Part shown: positions 16,307-20,000 of the stretch, piece after piece | How positions within the stretch are numbered: the stretch's first letter is position 1 | How the letters are laid out: each line of letters opens with the position of its first letter | Origin: an uncultured virus (IMG/VR IMGVR_UViG_3300025404_000001) | Taxonomy: Duplodnaviria > Heunggongvirae > Uroviricota > Caudoviricetes | DNA: 20,000 nucleotides | IMG/VR virus record: IMGVR_UViG_3300025404_000001 | Direction: 5' to 3' (one strand) | Translations under genes and position numbers: made by a program | Notes under the pieces: generated by a model | What the model was told of the DNA's origin: nothing | What the model saw: only the letters and a program-made list of their open reading frames with translations | Database searches by the model: none

Positions 16307-16554
16307 TCAAAAATACTCTTGACTGCAGGTTGTGCAACACCGTCGACCCGCCAGACCATTACGGTGCCCTCGCCGGTGTTGCGAGTCTTCACCTTGGCGC
16401 CGACGCGCCGCGCACATGTATGAACGCTCGCGTGTTGTTCGAGCGGTATTACGATGCTGTCCCCGCATTCCATCTTGCGAAGGGTCGCGCACAAGCCGGC
16501 GGTCCGGCCTACAGGTATCCCTTTGCAAATTTCATAAATGTCTGCCAAAGTCAC
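16303..16554 (-). CDS. Small phage protein, putative DNA-binding
   Basis: L.KME.GDSI.IP ... ARR.G.K..TR ... V.VWRV pattern seen in small phage proteins; coupled to the RuvC-like gene. Confidence 0.65.
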   Translation of the reverse strand: MTLADIYEICKGIPVGRTAGLCATLRKMECGDSIVIPLEQHASVHTCARRVGAKVKTRNTGEGTVMVWRVDGVAQPAVKSIFE

Positions 16555-16585
16555 CTCTCTTCTGTGTCATACACAGGCATACACA

Positions 16586-16614
16586 AACGTACATGATCAG
16601 TAACAGGAGGTCAA
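16586..16614 (-). promoter_or_regulatory. sigma70-like promoter TTGACC-N17-TACGTT for the replication operon
   Basis: ggtcaa 16609-16614, aacgta 16586-16591; upstream A/T tract; CATACACA direct repeats downstream. Confidence 0.5.
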
Positions 16615-16654
16615 ATAAAAAAGAAAATGCAGGCTGGGGTGACTCGGATTCGGA

Positions 16655-16950
16655 GTAAGACCTAGAATCATTCGGGGTAGATTCTGGGTCGATTCTAGGT
16701 AGTTTGTTCTTTAGAATCAAAGACATGCGAAAAGTTCTAAGTAAACCCCGTTTTTGTTCGAATTGCTGGAGGAAAAACAGGTGCACAGCTTTTGTATAAT
16801 GTATACAATGTATTACAGTGTATTACAAAGTACAATTGTGTAAAGTTCTTCTATATATTTTGATATAATCTCTTCTCTAAGAATAAAGAGAATCTAAAGT
16901 AAATTGCTGATTCTAAAGATGTAATTTGTTCTAAGTAAAAGAGTTAATTC
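16655..16950. other. AT-rich, repeat-dense intergenic region (candidate origin or recombination site)
   Basis: IR acctagaatc 16660-16669 / 16691-16700; IR ctttagaatca 16709-16719 / 16908-16918; DR gttctaagtaaa at 16734 and 16928; tgtattaca-like repeats 16793-16827. Confidence 0.55.
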
Positions 16951-17114
16951 TCAGTGGCCCTTGGAATGAGATTTCGCCTCTCCCGCGCATGGTGATTGAT
17001 TGCGTTTATTTTCAATAGTTTGCGTGGTTTAATGTGAAGCAGAGTTTCCCGTCCCTCCAGCGCCTGCGGAGCTGACCAGGATCACGAGTACCGAGAGGAT
17101 GAAGACTAGGTCGC

Positions 17115-17429
17115 TCATTGGCGTCCCTCGGCGTGCGCGATGGCTGCGTGAATATCCACGAGATGTTCCCGAAGCTATTCCGGTATATCTCGTCCATCGC
17201 ACGCGCTGTTGCTGAGTTTATTCAGCGCCGCGAGCATCTCGTCTTCGAGCGGGCGTGTGTTTCACCATGCAACCGGATCGTCAGACCCCATCGGTGATTT
17301 GTACTCAGCCGATCTCGCGCCGCACTTGCGACACTGAACCCAGCTCATCATGCAGTCTTCTGCGACTTGCTCATGTTTGAGAACGGCCTTGCCACCGCAC
17401 CAGCACGGCTTCAACTTTGCGTCTGCCAT
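17115..17429 (-). pseudogene. Lar-family restriction alleviation-like gene with two in-frame stops
   Basis: LKPC.CGG.A...VQC..CGA...AW*NTR...EMLAAL...PE*LREH...AAIAHAEG; TGA 17262-17264, TAG 17175-17177; final TGA overlaps the next ATG. Confidence 0.7.
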
Positions 17430-17440
17430 CTCACTCCCCC

Positions 17441-17542
17441 TCAGTTTGTCAGCGCCCACGCGCCAGCGAGTAGTACCACGAATGCGAACAACGGAATGAT
17501 TCCGTCGCGATGATCTTCTAGCCAGTCGTACACGGGCGTCAT
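17441..17542 (-). CDS. Small membrane peptide (33 aa)
   Basis: GAGG RBS; IIPLFAFVVLLAGAWAL hydrophobic helix. Confidence 0.45.
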   Translation of the reverse strand: MTPVYDWLEDHRDGIIPLFAFVVLLAGAWALTN

Positions 17543-17576
17543 GCTGTGCCTCTTTCTGAGCTTCTTGCACTCCCAG

Positions 17577-18155
17577 TTATTTGAAGGGGTAGTGGATGAT
17601 TTTTCGGATAGTCGCAGCCGTCACGCGCTGGTATTTGGCCAACGCCGGAGCCGTCACGCGCTCGTATTCGGCCCACGCCGGAGCCGTCACGCGGTCGTAT
17701 TCGGCCATCGCCGCAGCCGTCACGCGGTCGTATTCGGCCGACGCCGCAGCCGTCACGCGGTCGTATTCGGCCAACGCCGGAGCCTTCACGCGCTGGTATT
17801 CGGCCAACGCCGCAGCCGTCACGCGGTCGTATTCGGCCAACGCCGGAGCCGTCACGCGCTGGTATTCGGCCAACGCTGGAGCCGTCACGCGCTGGTACTC
17901 AGCCCACGCCGCAGCCGTCACGCGCTGGTATTTGGCCGACGCCGGAGCCGTCACGCGGTCGTATTCGGCCGACGCCGGAGCCGCCCATTGATAGTTGCAT
18001 TCGGAGAGCAACCATTCAAGCCAATCGCCACGTTCGCAACTGTCCCAAGTTTCGCGCAGTGTCCTGCCGCGCTGCCATTTCAAAGCCTCTCTGCAAGCTT
18101 CCTGATCGTTCAGCCACTTCGCAAATGCAGCAGCGTCTTCCGGTGGGTTCTTCAT
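17577..18155 (-). CDS. Phage protein with 11-aa Ala-rich helical repeats
   Basis: N-terminal AC.EAL.W...W..CERGDWL.WL domain followed by A(P/A)AxA(E/K)Y(D/Q/E)RVT repeats. Confidence 0.8.
   Translation of the reverse strand: MKNPPEDAAAFAKWLNDQEACREALKWQRGRTLRETWDSCERGDWLEWLLSECNYQWAAPASAEYDRVTAPASAKYQRVTAAAWAEYQRVTAPALAEYQRVTAPALAEYDRVTAAALAEYQRVKAPALAEYDRVTAAASAEYDRVTAAAMAEYDRVTAPAWAEYERVTAPALAKYQRVTAATIRKIIHYPFK
17619..17981 (-). repeat. Eleven 33-bp coding tandem repeats
   Basis: Units such as cgtcacgcggtcgtattcggccaacgccggagc read directly, no spacers. Confidence 0.95.
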
Positions 18156-18207
18156 AAATCTCTCTTTCCGGTCTCTGCGACCGCTCCGTCGCCGGTTGTG
18201 CTGTGGG

Positions 18208-18525
18208 TTAGTTCATCTTCCGGATGTCGTTGATCGAGAACGGTTTCTCGGGCTCGTCGAACACAGGAGCGCCGATTGCCAAGTTATACCTCTCGCTGTC
18301 GAGCGGATGCTTGGCCTCGGGAAACCAGGTGCCTGCGGGAGGCCCCGCGTGCATGATGTCGCGACGAAGGCGGTCATAAGCGCGGCAACGCCGCTCGTGC
18401 TCATCCCGACGCGCCTTGCGATCACGCAGAGCCTCACGAATCGAGACGGCCGCCAGTAGTGCGATGGTGAACAAACTGAGAATTAGTGATGCTGCGCCGA
18501 CGAGTGCGAGTAGTGTGATGATCAT
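18208..18525 (-). CDS. Hypothetical membrane-anchored protein
   Basis: AAGGAG RBS; N-terminal hydrophobic helix. Confidence 0.6.
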   Translation of the reverse strand: MIITLLALVGAASLILSLFTIALLAAVSIREALRDRKARRDEHERRCRAYDRLRRDIMHAGPPAGTWFPEAKHPLDSERYNLAIGAPVFDEPEKPFSINDIRKMN

Positions 18526-18610
18526 TTCGTGTCTCCTTTGACTGTTTGTTGACTGCCTTGTGGATGTATGCCTGCTCGTTCTTTACTCGGGGCCCGTGCC
18601 AGCCCGTGTC

Positions 18611-18721
18611 CTACCCCAGCACCAGCGCCACCATCCCCAGCACCACCGCCAGCGTGAACCAGAACAACGCGCGAAGCAGGTGACAGCGGTCACGGACGTC
18701 CGAATCGATGGTGTGGCTCAT
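18611..18721 (-). CDS. Small membrane peptide (36 aa)
   Basis: ATGA coupling; LFWFTLAVVLGMVALVLG. Confidence 0.45.
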   Translation of the reverse strand: MSHTIDSDVRDRCHLLRALFWFTLAVVLGMVALVLG

Positions 18722-19059
18722 CTACGATCTCCCATCAACGTAACCACACGCAAGTTGGCCAAGTCGTTGTTGCTGAGGTCGCCGTCGATGTGGTCTACCG
18801 CCCGCCCCGCTGCGTGCGCCTCGTCTACCAACCGCTGTGCCTCGATTCGAGTCATTTCCACGACGAACTCGGCCGCCGTTCGAGTTGAGCACAGGTACGA
18901 CTTCTCCCGGTTGGAGTACGTGGCTCCTGGCATTTGACTGATAATCAGAGCTGCCAGGGTCTTCCATCCTGTCCCGTCTGGGATGCAGCGTACGGCCAGC
19001 TTTCCCTTGGCGTATCGGCTCGGGCGGATCTGGTAGGTTGGTTGCAATTGTTCGTTCAC
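18718..19059 (-). CDS. Hypothetical protein with a C-terminal partial HNH motif
   Basis: VDHIDGDLSNNDLANLRVVT; GTGA coupling with the resolvase stop (track ORF 18718..19302 is over-extended). Confidence 0.6.
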   Translation of the reverse strand: MNEQLQPTYQIRPSRYAKGKLAVRCIPDGTGWKTLAALIISQMPGATYSNREKSYLCSTRTAAEFVVEMTRIEAQRLVDEAHAAGRAVDHIDGDLSNNDLANLRVVTLMGDRR

Positions 19060-19673
19060 GCTGCCACCGCCTGCCCTACTGCCTGTTTTGCCGCCGCCAT
19101 ATTCGAGTACACCGTCTGTCTCGAAACGTTCAGCCGTCGCGCGATCTCCGCCACTGGCACTTTCTCCTCGATCAGTTTGGCCAGTTCCGCCGCTTTCCCA
19201 TTCCCGGTGCGGATTGCCGGCAATCTTCCACGATAACGCCCGGCCTTCTTCGCCAGCGCCACGCCCTCCCTCTGCCGCTCCCTGATATGCCCCAACTCGC
19301 ACTCATACACCGCAGAGAGCACAGTCAGTATCAGCCGATTCATCGGCGAGTCATCTCCACGAAAGGTCAGATGTTCTTTGACGAACTCGATGCTTACTCC
19401 CTTGGCAGTCAAGTCGTCGATAATTCTCAGCATGTCTCGGGTTGATCGTCCAAGGCGGTCCATACTCCACACTACTAAGGTATCTCCAGCCCGAGCCCAG
19501 TCCATTGCGGACTGCAACCCAGGACGATCAGTATTTTTTCCGGTCGCGTGGTCCTCGAAGCAACGATCCAGAGCAACACCTTCTAACTGCCGGTCAGTAT
19601 GCTGATCTGCTGTCGATACCCTGCGATAGCCTATCCGCTGCCCCTTGTTTGTCATTACTTCAGATGTCTCCAT
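19056..19673 (-). CDS. Serine recombinase (resolvase/invertase) with C-terminal HTH
   Basis: RIGYRRVSTADQ, DRPGL, GDTLVVWSMDRLGRS, E...I.ERQREG, EIARRLNVSRQTVY; AAGGAG RBS. Confidence 0.95.
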   Translation of the reverse strand: METSEVMTNKGQRIGYRRVSTADQHTDRQLEGVALDRCFEDHATGKNTDRPGLQSAMDWARAGDTLVVWSMDRLGRSTRDMLRIIDDLTAKGVSIEFVKEHLTFRGDDSPMNRLILTVLSAVYECELGHIRERQREGVALAKKAGRYRGRLPAIRTGNGKAAELAKLIEEKVPVAEIARRLNVSRQTVYSNMAAAKQAVGQAVAA

Positions 19674-19684
19674 GTGACTCCTTT

Positions 19685-19735
19685 CCGCGCGGTGTTCTGG
19701 TCCAAGGTGCTGACGCGTTTGTACGCTATACGTAT
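19685..19735 (-). pseudogene. Relic N-terminus of a second serine recombinase
   Basis: Translates IRIAYKRVSTLDQNTAR (catalytic YxRVST motif); no start codon, different frame from the intact gene. Confidence 0.65.
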
Positions 19736-19745
19736 TGGTTGTTCC

Positions 19746-20000
19746 TTAGCGGTAGATTATTGCGCCTTTTTTGGCTTTGATGATGAGCTTTGGGTTGCAT
19801 CCCCTCGCGTAGATGTTTTTAGCCGCATCGGCCTTCAACTCCGTCAGGGCTGTGCATCCCCTTGCGTCGATGGTTTTAGCCGCATCGGCCTTCAACTCCG
19901 TCAGGGCTGTGCATCCACTCGCGTAGATGTAGTCAGCCGCATCGGCCTTCAACTCCGTCAGGGCTGTGCATCCACTCGCGTAGATGTAGTCAGCCGCATC
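19746..20000 (-). CDS. LRR-like repeat protein, 5' end outside the window
   Basis: Open frame to the window edge with 19-aa repeats DAADYIYASGCTALTELKA. Confidence 0.8.
   Translation of the reverse strand, partial: DAADYIYASGCTALTELKADAADYIYASGCTALTELKADAAKTIDARGCTALTELKADAAKNIYARGCNPKLIIKAKKGAIIYR
19797..20000 (-). repeat. 57-bp coding tandem repeats (3 full + 1 partial visible)
   Basis: gccgcatcggccttcaactccgtcagggctgtgcatcc recurs every 57 bp. Confidence 0.92.

Larger units (their letters stand above)
1..20000. mobile_element. Prophage/phage region (replication module, accessory genes, endolysin); both ends lie outside the window
   Basis: Co-oriented PolA, DUF2815 SSB, DUF2800, SNF2 helicase, primase-helicase and RuvC-like genes, plus an endolysin and many small translationally coupled ORFs; no host housekeeping genes. 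Confidence 0.9.

Noticed and set aside
17619..17981. CRISPR array (33-bp periodic repeats)
   Set aside because: Units are contiguous with no unique spacers, are a multiple of 3 and lie within an open reading frame
17541..18233. Long plus-strand ORFs here and opposite the polymerase, primase, helicase and DUF2800 genes
   Set aside because: Shadow ORFs caused by repeats and GC-rich codon usage on the coding minus strand
1..20000. Genome-wide stop-codon reassignment (TAG or TGA)
   Set aside because: TAG and TGA terminate well-defined genes at the expected ends (polymerase, endolysin, primase, SSB, helicase)
16655..20000. Diversity-generating retroelement behind the repeat variation
   Set aside because: No reverse transcriptase and no template/variable repeat pair with adenine-specific differences

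Overview
The window looks like part of a temperate phage or prophage. Most of it is a minus-strand, APSE-like DNA replication module: RuvC-like resolvase, SNF2 helicase, DUF2800 Cas4-like nuclease, DUF2815 SSB, family A DNA polymerase (Leu762 type), DUF4326, a DUF5664-like nucleotide pyrophosphohydrolase, a Prim-Pol/D5-type primase-helicase and an HTH excisionase-like protein. Clusters of small accessory genes flank it, together with a serine resolvase, tandem-repeat proteins and an AT-rich, repeat-dense intergenic region. On the left is a plus-strand GH108 endolysin. Just upstream of it sits a degraded IS1-family-like element carrying a three-gene RelE/HigB toxin + XRE antitoxin + unknown protein cassette. 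The points most worth following up are: (1) a ~300-nt, promoter-driven, multi-domain structured RNA candidate at ~5920-6216 (-); (2) the IS-borne tripartite TA-like cassette, whose putative operators overlap the transposase promoter; (3) a structured insertion that truncates the transposase; (4) stop codons at likely Trp positions in accessory genes while the core genes stay intact; (5) a relic second serine-recombinase N-terminus. All family assignments come from motif recognition by eye; no searches were run.
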